Source: Desulfobacterales bacterium
Lineage (GTDB): Bacteria > Desulfobacterota > Desulfobacteria > Desulfobacterales > JAHEIW01
Direction of reading: 5' to 3'
DNA length: 64,000 nucleotides
NCBI GenBank assembly: GCA_050116835.1
Contig: JASFNW010000005.1
Span: 4,037 to 68,036, forward strand
The notes beneath the pieces were generated by a model, which did not search any database, was not told the origin of the DNA, and saw only the letters and a list, made by a program, of their open reading frames with translations. This document shows, in pieces, positions 1-7,957 of the stretch (position 1 is its first letter; every line of letters starts with the position of its first letter). The position numbers and the translations under genes were made by a program.

Positions 1-1
1 T

Positions 2-295
2 TCAGGCAAGGGCTCGCCCGGCGGGTCTTCAAATGGTCCGGAGCTAGTTGAGGCCTGTCACCAGATGGAATCGCTTTTTATCAATCACCTATTTAAAGAA
101 ATGCGCGCCACCATTCACCGGTCGGGGTTTATCAGCGGTGGCAGGGCTGAGGAAATTTATACTTCGATGATGGATGCGGAAATGGCCGCCAAACTGGCCA
201 ATAGAGGCGGGGTGGGTCTGGCAGAGATGCTGTTGCATCAGCTGGGCACGTCGGTTACAGATCCCGGGGCTGAGGATCCGGGTGATTCAGAGTAA
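2..295 (+). CDS. Flagellar rod-binding protein, FlgJ N-terminal-domain type (5' end outside the window)
   Basis: The frame is open from the window edge. The stretch LVEACHQMESLFINHLFKEMRAT...GLAEMLLHQL fits the rod-binding domain pattern. flgN lies immediately downstream. Confidence 0.6.
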   Translation, partial: SGKGSPGGSSNGPELVEACHQMESLFINHLFKEMRATIHRSGFISGGRAEEIYTSMMDAEMAAKLANRGGVGLAEMLLHQLGTSVTDPGAEDPGDSE

Positions 296-304
296 TATTA
301 TTTA

Positions 305-331
305 TAAAGTTATTGGTTATTTAGCCGATAA
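305..331 (+). promoter_or_regulatory. Sigma-28 (FliA)-type promoter upstream of flgN
   Basis: TAAAGTT at 305-311 is followed by exactly 15 nt after TAAA and then GCCGATAA at 324-331. This is a perfect match to TAAA-N15-GCCGATAA. It lies about 78 nt before the flgN ATG. Confidence 0.6.
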
Positions 332-408
332 TTTTAACTGGCAGGACCTGATCTGTGCTCAATCAAAATGATTGATCCCATCAGGACATGCAATAGGAAA
401 ATCTGTCA

Positions 409-909
409 ATGAGACACCTTTTGGATAAATTGATTCGATTGCTCGCGCATGCGACCGAACTGTATCAATCGCTGTTGTGTGTCGTGGAAAATGAAAAGGA
501 TGCGGTGGTCGGTCTGAATTTAAAACAGCTCAACGAAGTCTGTAAGGCCAAAGATAATGTGCTGTTAAAACTGCGTATTCTGGAAGAACAGCGTCAGCAA
601 GTGATGAAGCGGGTGGCCGCTGAACTCGGCTGCGCGTCCGAAGGGCTGACGTTAACCCGGCTGTCTGAGCAGGTGGATGAATCATACGCTCGACGGTTGC
701 TGGACTGCAGCACAGATCTGTTGGCCCTGATTCAAACCCTGCAGGAGGTCACGCAACAAAATAAATCCCTGATGTCGCACTCAATGCAACTGATCCAGGG
801 CTCGTATAACCTCTTAAATAATCTCATGGTGGAAAATCCGGTATACTACCGCGGTGGCTCTGTAAAGAGCGGTGACAAAACCGGCAGACTGTTGAGCGGT
901 GACGTTTAA
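409..909 (+). CDS. flgN: FlgN-family flagellar export chaperone
   Basis: 166-aa helical protein. The N-terminal pattern LIRLLAHATELYQSLLCVVENEKDAVVGLNLKQLNEV...LEEQRQ is typical of FlgN. It sits in flagellar context behind a sigma-28 promoter. Confidence 0.6.
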   Translation: MRHLLDKLIRLLAHATELYQSLLCVVENEKDAVVGLNLKQLNEVCKAKDNVLLKLRILEEQRQQVMKRVAAELGCASEGLTLTRLSEQVDESYARRLLDCSTDLLALIQTLQEVTQQNKSLMSHSMQLIQGSYNLLNNLMVENPVYYRGGSVKSGDKTGRLLSGDV

Positions 910-912
910 TTA

Positions 913-1392
913 ATGAAATCTGTGGTATCCATAGGGGATATGAGAATCGCCTGTAGCCCGGACCAGCTGGTCACCGATGCGCTGGGCAGTTGCTTGTGCC
1001 TGACGGTATACGACCCGATATCCGGTATTGGCGGCATTTTGCAGGCCATGTTGCCGTTTTCGAAAGTCAATCTGAAAAAGGCGGAAACCAATCCGTTTAT
1101 ATTCGTTGATACCGGGATTCCGGCACTCTTGGAGCAGCTGGCGGCCCAGGAAGATGTGTCGCCCAAACGCAACTGGCTGGTTAAAGCCATCGGCTGTGGC
1201 AATCCCATGGGCCGCAAAGAGGTATTTAAGATTGGCGAGCGAAATTACCGGGTACTGCGTGAGAAACTTTTAAACGAAGGGATTTGTTTGAAAGCCGAAG
1301 ATATCGGCGGCACAGTGAATCGCTCGGTTTGTCTGGATTTATCGATTGGGCAGACTATCGTTCGCAGCAACGGCAAAGAGAGGGTGTTATGA
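913..1392 (+). CDS. cheD: Chemoreceptor glutamine deamidase CheD
   Basis: 159 aa with TDALGSCLCLTVYDP...GGILQAMLP...IGERNYRVLREKL...IGGTVNRSVCLDL, the CheD signature including the catalytic Cys region. Confidence 0.85.
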   Translation: MKSVVSIGDMRIACSPDQLVTDALGSCLCLTVYDPISGIGGILQAMLPFSKVNLKKAETNPFIFVDTGIPALLEQLAAQEDVSPKRNWLVKAIGCGNPMGRKEVFKIGERNYRVLREKLLNEGICLKAEDIGGTVNRSVCLDLSIGQTIVRSNGKERVL

Positions 1393-2240
1393 GCAACACA
1401 AAAATCAACGAAATATTGGATAGGGTAAAATCATTTCCAACTATCCCCGGAGCGGGCACCCGAATGCTGAGCCTGCTTGAAGAACCCGACACCTCCGTTT
1501 CTGAAATCGAAGATATATTACGCTACGACCCGGGACTGACGGCCAACATTTTGAAATTGGCAAACTCCGCCTATTTCGGTCTGCCGTCCAAAATCGGCTC
1601 TCTAAAACAGGCCGTTATTTTACTGGGCCTAAAGCGCCTCATTCAGCTGGTGGTTGCTTCCTGTGTGAGTGCCGTTATGGACAAGTCGGTACCCGGCTAC
1701 AATTTACCTTCAGGCGATTTATGGCGGCATTCGATTGCAGTCTCCATTGCCTCCGAGGCGCTGGTAAAAGGGAAAAAAAGAATTTCTGCTGAAGATGTGT
1801 TTACCCCGGCGCTGTTGCACGATGTCGGCAAGTTGATTTTAGGGTCATTTGTCAGTGAGGAAATGGAAGCCATCCAGAGTATCGCGGCCAAGGATATTCC
1901 CTGGGTGGTGGCCGAAAACATGGTTCTGGGCACCGATCATGCTGAAATCGGAGCGCGCATTCTGGCCAACTGGAATTTGCCTGCCGGTGTCATCAATTCG
2001 GTTCGATGGCACCACGATCCGGATTCGCCGGATGCCAGCAACGTACAAATGGATGTGGTCTATCTGGCCAATATTTTATGCCAGACACCGGATACCAGCG
2101 GGCCGACAGCCGGTCACGCAGTTGAATTATCACCGGCGGTGATTGATCGACTGGGGATTCAGCTCGAGCAATTCGAGAGCATTTCAGAAAAGGTGGCTCA
2201 GTGGGTGGATGAGTTGTCAAATGCGTTGGCATTTAATTGA
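1389..2240 (+). CDS. HDOD domain protein (paralogue 1)
   Basis: The start overlaps the cheD stop as ATGA. It carries LRYDPGLTANILKLANSAYFG...AVILLGLKRL...LLHDVGKL...GTDHAEIGA, which matches HDOD. The ORF-track start at 1284 lies inside cheD and was rejected. Confidence 0.85.
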   Translation: MSNTKINEILDRVKSFPTIPGAGTRMLSLLEEPDTSVSEIEDILRYDPGLTANILKLANSAYFGLPSKIGSLKQAVILLGLKRLIQLVVASCVSAVMDKSVPGYNLPSGDLWRHSIAVSIASEALVKGKKRISAEDVFTPALLHDVGKLILGSFVSEEMEAIQSIAAKDIPWVVAENMVLGTDHAEIGARILANWNLPAGVINSVRWHHDPDSPDASNVQMDVVYLANILCQTPDTSGPTAGHAVELSPAVIDRLGIQLEQFESISEKVAQWVDELSNALAFN

Positions 2241-2352
2241 ACACCGCCGCAGCACGCGCCCGCGCAGCGCAGAGGTGCGTTAAAGATGAGAGGGACAGGG
2301 TAGAGTGGCGAAAACGGTTAAGCACCAATTTTCAGTGTTGAGGGCAAAATCC

Positions 2353-3195
2353 ATGGAGGTCCAAAAAATCGCACCGGCCATACAGTCGTTTCCCGGCATG
2401 CCGGGCACAGCCGTCAAGTTGCTGGGACTGATCGATGATCCGTCCATGCGGGTATCTCAGATCGAGGAAATATTGCGCCACGACTCCGGTTTGACGGCCA
2501 ACGTGCTCAGACTTGCCAATTCGGCCTATTTCGGGATTCCATCTAAAATCGGCTCTATCAGACAGGCGGTGATATTGTTGGGTCTCAAGCGCTTGATTCA
2601 AATGGTTATTGCCGCCTGCGTCAGTGCCATCATGGATAAACCGGTTCCGGGATATGATCTGCCGCCGGGCGAATTATGGCGCCATTCGATTGCCGTCTCG
2701 GTCGCAGCGGAGGCGCTGGTGAAAGAGTTGAAAATCGAAGCTTCCGAGGAAATATTTACTGCCGCTTTGCTGCATGATGTCGGCAAACTGGTTTTGGGCG
2801 AGTTTGTCAAAGATGAATTCAATAAAATAGAAGCTGCCGTTTCGGAGGGTGTGAGCTTTGAGATGGCGGAAACCATGGTGTTGGGCATCAATCACGCCGA
2901 TGTGGGCGCCAAAATATTAGCCCGTTGGTCGCTACCGCCGGAAATTATCAATGCGGTTCAATGGCACCATGATCCCGAAGCACTTGAGCACACCAGTGTC
3001 ATGTTAGATATCGTGCATGTGACCAATGTGATGAGTATGCTGATCGGCATCGGCATCGGCCGGGATGGTTTGCAACATCAGCCGAGCGTTGCGGTCAGCG
3101 AGCGGCTTGGGCTCGAGCCCCGTGTGCTGGAAAAGGTGGCCAGTCAGACCACGCAATGGGTTAACGAGTTGACCGGTATCCTGGATTCCGGTTGA
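2353..3195 (+). CDS. HDOD domain protein (paralogue 2, tandem duplicate)
   Basis: The core is roughly 80% identical by eye to the preceding gene (GLTANVLRLANSAYFGIPSKIGSIRQAVILLGLKRLIQ...). ATG 2353 has a GAGGG 8 nt upstream and aligns with the paralogue's N-terminus. GTG 2305 is an alternative start. Confidence 0.8.
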   Translation: MEVQKIAPAIQSFPGMPGTAVKLLGLIDDPSMRVSQIEEILRHDSGLTANVLRLANSAYFGIPSKIGSIRQAVILLGLKRLIQMVIAACVSAIMDKPVPGYDLPPGELWRHSIAVSVAAEALVKELKIEASEEIFTAALLHDVGKLVLGEFVKDEFNKIEAAVSEGVSFEMAETMVLGINHADVGAKILARWSLPPEIINAVQWHHDPEALEHTSVMLDIVHVTNVMSMLIGIGIGRDGLQHQPSVAVSERLGLEPRVLEKVASQTTQWVNELTGILDSG

Positions 3196-3222
3196 CCCTG
3201 ATTTATCAAAAGAGGAAGGCTT

Positions 3223-4614
3223 ATGTCAGACATCAATGGCGTTTTGAGCATTGCAGGCCAGGCCCTGATCACCCAGCAACGGGCGATTCATGTGACGGGC
3301 CACAATATTGCCAATGTGAACACCCCCGGGTATTCGCGTCAACGGCTAACCATGGCACCCACCGTTGCGTTTGATTCGGCGGTCGGGATTATGGGCAACG
3401 GGGTCAGTGCGGACGAGGTCGAACGAATTTATGATCGCTTCTTAAATGCCCAGATCAACAGTGAAACCTATGTGATGGGACGATGGGATGCGCAAAAACA
3501 GTCGGTTGAATCACTTGAAATTATTTTCAATGAAAGTACTGGAGACGGCTTAAACCAGGCCATGAGTGAGTTCTGGAATGCCTGGCAGGCGTTGTCCAAC
3601 AATCCATCCGGTCCCACCGAAAGACAGATCCTCGTGACCCGTTCGCAGGTTTTAGCGTCGACTTTCAATAAGCTTGACGCCGATCTTGCGCAAGCGCAGC
3701 AGGATCTGGATCGTTCCATCGTCGGAACCGTTGCCGACATCAACAAATTGTCCGCCCAACTGGCCGATTTAAACCAAAAGATTGTTTCCTTTGAGACCGT
3801 CAGCCATAGCGCCAATGATTATCGCGATCAACGCGACGTCGTACTCAAAGAGCTGGCCGAATTGATAGACATTTATGCATTTGAAGACGCAGACGGTGCT
3901 GTCACAGCGCTGATTGCCAACGGCAGGCCGCTGGTGAGTGGAAGCATCCAATGGCAGCTTTCCACCGAGACCAATGCCTCCGGACTGGAGGATGTCGTCT
4001 GGGTCGATGGGGCCGGCAATACCGTCAACATCAATACGGATATTTCCGGTGGTAAGTTAAAAGGATGGCTCGAGACCCGGGATGGCATAATTGTCGATTT
4101 GGTCAACCGACTGGATACCCTGGCCCAGAATTTAATGACCGAGGTCAATAATTTGCATCAGGCCGGGTTTGATTTAAACGGCATAGGCGGTCAGGTGTTT
4201 TTTGATGGAAGCGCCACGGCCGCAGGTATTGCCGTCAATGCCGGTATCGTCGCTGACGTAAATTTGATTGCGGCTGCAGCTGATCAATTGACCGTTCCGG
4301 GTGACAATCGCAATGCAATTGATATCGCAAACTTGCAGCATCAGTTGGTAATGAGCGGCAATACCGCCACCTTTAGTGATTACTACAGCACCCTGGTTAG
4401 AGACGTCGGCAATGAAGTCCTCAATGCAGACTCCTATCACACGCACCAGTCTGAAATGGTGGCGCAGCTGAATAATTACCGGGAATCGATTTCAGGGGTT
4501 TCGCTGGACGAGGAGATGATCAATTTGCTCAAATTTCAAAACGCGTATGCAGCTGCCGCCAAACTGGTCACTGCATCGGATGAAATGATCAAAACGGTTA
4601 TCGAGATGATTTAA
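3223..4614 (+). CDS. flgK: Flagellar hook-associated protein 1 FlgK
   Basis: The N-terminus reads GQALITQQRAIHVTGHNIANVNTPGYSRQ. The C-terminus reads SLDEEMINLLKFQNAYAAAAKLVTASDEMIKTVIEM. Confidence 0.9.
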   Translation: MSDINGVLSIAGQALITQQRAIHVTGHNIANVNTPGYSRQRLTMAPTVAFDSAVGIMGNGVSADEVERIYDRFLNAQINSETYVMGRWDAQKQSVESLEIIFNESTGDGLNQAMSEFWNAWQALSNNPSGPTERQILVTRSQVLASTFNKLDADLAQAQQDLDRSIVGTVADINKLSAQLADLNQKIVSFETVSHSANDYRDQRDVVLKELAELIDIYAFEDADGAVTALIANGRPLVSGSIQWQLSTETNASGLEDVVWVDGAGNTVNINTDISGGKLKGWLETRDGIIVDLVNRLDTLAQNLMTEVNNLHQAGFDLNGIGGQVFFDGSATAAGIAVNAGIVADVNLIAAAADQLTVPGDNRNAIDIANLQHQLVMSGNTATFSDYYSTLVRDVGNEVLNADSYHTHQSEMVAQLNNYRESISGVSLDEEMINLLKFQNAYAAAAKLVTASDEMIKTVIEMI

Positions 4615-4689
4615 ACCGCCAGGGGTCAATGGGGATAACATGCGGTACCTAAACGAAGCGCTAAATTACGGCGCCAGGAAGTTCAGATT

Positions 4690-4795
4690 TTATACCGCTC
4701 GTCATAATGCTGTTCCGAAAAAAGGATGGCGGCATACGTGTTGTCGCAAACAAACGTTCTGCCATCGGAACGTTTTTTTGACAACGACGATAAAA
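4690..4795 (+). promoter_or_regulatory. Conserved ~105-nt structured element, copy 1 of 3 (ends at the flgL Shine-Dalgarno)
   Basis: ATACCGCTCGTCATAATGCTGTTCCGAAAAAAGGATGGCGGCATACGTGTTGTCGCAAACAAACGTTCTGCCATCGGAACGTTTTTTTGACAACGACGATAAAAGG aligns with copies at 10612-10712 (+) and 36173-36277 (-). Confidence 0.5.
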
Positions 4796-4806
4796 GGAGA
4801 AGAATC

Positions 4807-5721
4807 ATGCGAGTGACCAATAATACCATGATACAATCCGTTGTGCGGTACCTGACCCGCCAGAACGAAGCGATCTTTGATCGCCAGAATATCATCGCAT
4901 CCGGCAAGAAAATCAACAAGCCTTCGGATGATCCGCTGGGCATGGGCCGGGTGCTGAGTTATCGTCAATCCATTGCTTCAATTGAGCAGTACCAGAGCAA
5001 TATCCAGTCCGGTAAAACCCGCCTGGAGGTGATTGAAGCCGATCTGGATCTGGTGGATAATTTGCTGCAGGTGGTGCGATCACTCGCTGAAACCGAGGTT
5101 GCCGGCACAACCAACAGCCGTCAACTGGCGGCCGAAAACCTCAAATCCATATATGATCAGGTACTGGATCTGGCGAATTCAAAACTCAACGACAATTATC
5201 TGTTCTCGGGCTATCAAACCAAAACAGCACCCTTTACGCGTGACGATTCCCTGGGCACGACATTTGATCAATTCACCGTCACCTATAACGGTGATGACGG
5301 GGACAAGCAGTATATCATTGCCGATAATTCCAAAGTCATCATGGACGCCGACGGCCGGCCCATTTTTCACGATGCCGCTTCCGGCGGACTGAATATTTTT
5401 GATGAGATGAGAGATTTAATCGTGGCCCTGGAAAACGACGACATGGTGGCGATTTCAACGCAGAGCGACCGTCTGAATCAAGCCCGAACCCAGATAAAAA
5501 ATATTCGCAGCGCCAATGCAGGCATTATTTACCAGTTGAAAACCACCGAAAACCACTGGGATAATTATAAACCGAAAATTGAAAATCTATTGGGCGATGA
5601 AGAAGTTGCCGACATCACCCAGTCCGTGTTGGAGTTGAAAAGTCTGGAAATTGCTTATGAAAGCACGCTGGCGACTGCCGCCCAGATCACGCAGCCCGGG
5701 TTTCTCAATTTTCTGAAGTAA
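4807..5721 (+). CDS. flgL: Flagellar hook-associated protein 3 FlgL
   Basis: MRVTNNTMIQSVVRYLTRQNE... is a flagellin-N-type start preceded by AAGGAG. The ORF-track start at 4726 reads through the upstream noncoding element and was rejected. Confidence 0.85.
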   Translation: MRVTNNTMIQSVVRYLTRQNEAIFDRQNIIASGKKINKPSDDPLGMGRVLSYRQSIASIEQYQSNIQSGKTRLEVIEADLDLVDNLLQVVRSLAETEVAGTTNSRQLAAENLKSIYDQVLDLANSKLNDNYLFSGYQTKTAPFTRDDSLGTTFDQFTVTYNGDDGDKQYIIADNSKVIMDADGRPIFHDAASGGLNIFDEMRDLIVALENDDMVAISTQSDRLNQARTQIKNIRSANAGIIYQLKTTENHWDNYKPKIENLLGDEEVADITQSVLELKSLEIAYESTLATAAQITQPGFLNFLK

Positions 5722-5725
5722 AAAA

Positions 5726-6196
5726 ATGAAAAAAACATTGATCACCATAAGCTGTATCGCCGTGCTCGTATTCATCATTACCCATCCGCTTTCCGGCCTC
5801 AACAGTGAAAGTATCGTGCGTTTAAAGCAAGCCGGCATCAGCGACAGCACCATTCAGCTGATGGTCAGGGAAAAGGTCGTTGAAACCGCATCTTTTAGCG
5901 TTCAGGAAATTATTGACATGAAAAAGGCAGGGCTCAGCGAGAAAACCATCCAGATGGTTATCCAGGAAGGCTCTTTTCTCAAGGATACCGCCCCGATCAT
6001 TTATGGCAAAGACGTACGCTCGATAGAGTTTACGACAGCCGATGATATTATTGCCCTCAAAAATGCCGGTGTCAGCAATGATGTTATCCAGGCCATCATC
6101 AAGGTGGTGGGAGATAGTACCGATACCGAGCGACGGGATGCTTACCGACTGCTGGATGATATGGAGATCCGCGTCGATTTGCGGGACGGGGATTAA
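5726..6196 (+). CDS. Secreted or membrane-anchored protein with three internal repeats
   Basis: It has a hydrophobic N-terminal signal or anchor (ITISCIAVLVFIITHPL). A unit recurs three times: LKQAGISDSTIQLMV, MKKAGLSEKTIQMVI and LKNAGVSNDVIQAII. The start is 4 nt after the flgL stop. Confidence 0.5.
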   Translation: MKKTLITISCIAVLVFIITHPLSGLNSESIVRLKQAGISDSTIQLMVREKVVETASFSVQEIIDMKKAGLSEKTIQMVIQEGSFLKDTAPIIYGKDVRSIEFTTADDIIALKNAGVSNDVIQAIIKVVGDSTDTERRDAYRLLDDMEIRVDLRDGD

Positions 6197-6215
6197 TGGC
6201 GCACAGAGCGCGCTT

Positions 6216-6322
6216 GATTTTGGATTTTGGAATTTGGATTTCAGATTGACAAAGGGTGGAAGTCGATGCTTAGCCCTTTAATCTGCTGTTAAATCCAAAA
6301 TCCGAAATCTAAAATCCAAAAT
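6216..6322. repeat. Long imperfect dyad built from period-7 GATTTTG units
   Basis: The left arm is gattttggattttggaatttggatttcagatt. The right arm is aaatccaaaatccgaaatctaaaatccaaaat. The outer 12 bp (6217-6228 with 6311-6322) are perfectly complementary. Confidence 0.7.
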
Positions 6323-6360
6323 ATAAGCAGCCCTGTTTCTGCTTTACTGATAAAACCCTT

Positions 6361-6561
6361 ATGCCCATTTCATGCCACAAATGTATTCATTATTATGTCA
6401 CCTGGGATCGAAATTTTCCTCACGGCTGCCGGGGGATGGGATTCAAGGGCCGATGCTATCCGCTGTATACGGTACGCCAGATTATGAACGGCCAAGACTG
6501 TCTGCTGTTTGTGGCCAAATCAACGTCTAAAAAACGATCGATCAAAAAAGGTCGCCACTAG
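6361..6561 (+). CDS. Small Cys/His-rich basic protein (hypothetical)
   Basis: 66 aa with CHKC...HGC...C spacing and a Lys/Arg tail. No family was recognised. Confidence 0.35.
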   Translation: MPISCHKCIHYYVTWDRNFPHGCRGMGFKGRCYPLYTVRQIMNGQDCLLFVAKSTSKKRSIKKGRH

Positions 6562-6608
6562 GATCTGTTTTCATGCCCGCCCGTTGCGGCAGATGCCCGG
6601 CGATCTTG

Positions 6609-7541
6609 TCAATTTTCCCGATCAACTTCTGCTATCGTCGTTGCCCGCGCGCGCAAATGAGCTCTCAAATCATGGATAACCAGGTCTGCTGCCTGCTTCA
6701 GCAGTGACGGGAAGATCCGTGCATAGCCACTCGAACGTAATCGGGTTTGAATTTGTTCGCGGTAATTTCTTTTGCCTTCCTCGATGGTGGCCCGCAGCAT
6801 ATGATAAAGATCCATCGGTGCGATATCTTTGGGCAGGGAAAACTGACCGACAATGGTGGTAGCCTGGCGGGCAATATGCTGTAAATAATTATCGTTATTC
6901 AGCGGCACGACGGTATCGCGGATGTCATGAAATTTTACGGCCTCACAAATTTGGGTGGGAACATTAAACCGCTGCAACACGAGTGCACCGATTTCGGCAT
7001 GACTGATCCCCAAAATCATTTTTTCCGCCTCGCATGAGGGCAGATCCTGTGATTTTTTCAAGGCCACAATTTGCTCGTGTTCATCTTTGAAGTATACTGC
7101 AATAACCAGTTTGCCGATATTTTGCAGCGTGGCCACCGTGAACAGATCATCCAGCTGGTTAAAATTCAGTATTTCCCCCAAAACCTTGGCAACCGCTGCA
7201 CAGACCTGAGCCTGTTTGAGGAATTTTTCGAAATTAAATTGTTTGAGGCGCTTGGTAAAATGATCCATTAAGATGGAGGTGACTAAAATATCTTTCATTT
7301 TACCGTAGCCCAGTAACTGAACCGCATAGGAAATCGAGCGCACTTCACGGCTGCCGTAATAGGCTGAGTTGGCCATGTTTAAAAAGCGGGCCGCAAGGCT
7401 TGGCGACAGCTTTGCAACAATTTGATCAAAATTGCTGGCCGGATTATTGAGCAACGTAATGATCTCGACCACTTCCGTGTCGACCAACGGCAGTTTGTTG
7501 ATTTTATTTTGAATTCTTTCAATTGTTTCCTCTGTTGTCAT
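6609..7541 (-). CDS. HDOD domain protein (paralogue 3)
   Basis: It carries VEIITLLNNPASNFDQIVAKLSPSLAARFLNMANSAYYG...AVQLLGYGKMKDI...TLQNIGKL...GISHAEIGA. A GGGGAGGA RBS lies before the ATG. Confidence 0.8.
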   Translation of the reverse strand: MTTEETIERIQNKINKLPLVDTEVVEIITLLNNPASNFDQIVAKLSPSLAARFLNMANSAYYGSREVRSISYAVQLLGYGKMKDILVTSILMDHFTKRLKQFNFEKFLKQAQVCAAVAKVLGEILNFNQLDDLFTVATLQNIGKLVIAVYFKDEHEQIVALKKSQDLPSCEAEKMILGISHAEIGALVLQRFNVPTQICEAVKFHDIRDTVVPLNNDNYLQHIARQATTIVGQFSLPKDIAPMDLYHMLRATIEEGKRNYREQIQTRLRSSGYARIFPSLLKQAADLVIHDLRAHLRARATTIAEVDREN

Positions 7542-7676
7542 TCGATATCCTCCCCGCTAAAATTTTCATCGTAGCGGCGTTGACAGCACGGCCCCATCAA
7601 CTGGGATTCTTATTATCGACTTCTGCGGAGCCTGTTTGAGTCGGACATGCCTCTTAAAGATATATCTAATCACAAC

Positions 7677-7692
7677 AGCAATAGGCATGCCA
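7677..7692 (-). promoter_or_regulatory. Sigma-54 promoter (P2) upstream of the HDOD gene 6609-7541
   Basis: The minus strand reads TGGCATGCCTATTGCT, which equals TGGCAY-N5-TTGCW with correct GG-N10-GC spacing. It lies about 135 nt upstream of the ATG at 7541. Confidence 0.6.
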
Positions 7693-7839
7693 ACCAAAGG
7701 CATGATGGGCGCTATCAGCCAATGGGTCGCACAAGCCTATAAAAATCGGTTCCCACGGTCGATTTATTGGGTAAAAAAAGCTCACTGAACGCTAAGCCCA
7801 CGATTTCGCTCACCATATCTGACAAAGCCTTGACATCTG

Positions 7840-7857
7840 TTGCCAAAATCTTGGCAA
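7840..7857. promoter_or_regulatory. Perfect dyad TTGCCAA-N4-TTGGCAA (candidate activator site for P2)
   Basis: A 7+7 bp inverted repeat read directly from the sequence, about 150-165 bp upstream of the sigma-54 P2 element. Confidence 0.35.
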
Positions 7858-7859
7858 CA

Positions 7860-7947
7860 AGAGAAAAACCCTGTTAGGGGGGGGTGCCTAACAGGGTTCG
7901 TCGGAGGTGGGAATGAAGGAAAGGAGGAAACTTCATTCCATATTTGC
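7860..7947 (-). ncRNA. Candidate sigma-54-dependent small RNA (~85 nt)
   Basis: It is bracketed by the sigma-54 promoter at 7958-7973 and an intrinsic terminator. Hairpin 1 is GGAAUGAAG-UUUCCUCCUUUC-CUUCAUUCC, followed by single-stranded CACCUCCGACGAA. The terminator is CCCUGUUAGG-CACCCCCC-CCUAACAGGG followed by UUUUUCUCUU. Confidence 0.45.
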
Positions 7948-7957
7948 CATAAAACAA

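Noticed and set aside
4690-4795. The repeated element as a c-di-GMP (GEMM-I/II) or other known riboswitch, given the flagellar and c-di-GMP context
   Set aside because: I could not find the conserved GEMM features (GNRA tetraloop and receptor hairpins, ACGCACAGGGCAAACC-type core). The element is AU-rich and does not match any riboswitch consensus I can recall. An Rfam scan is needed for a definitive answer.
4726-4806. An N-terminal extension of flgL (and ORF 35943-36230) sharing the peptide FFDNDDK, which might hint at a conserved micro-ORF in the repeated element
   Set aside because: The same frame in copy 2 (10641 onward) reads ATG GCG GCA TAA. Conservation is therefore at the nucleotide or structure level, not the protein level.
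6216-6322. Short-period repeats here and at 13047, 16204, 40981 and 45189 as CRISPR arrays
   Set aside because: The units are 7-9 nt with no spacers, the arrays are arranged as inverted arms, and there are no cas genes. They are not CRISPR.
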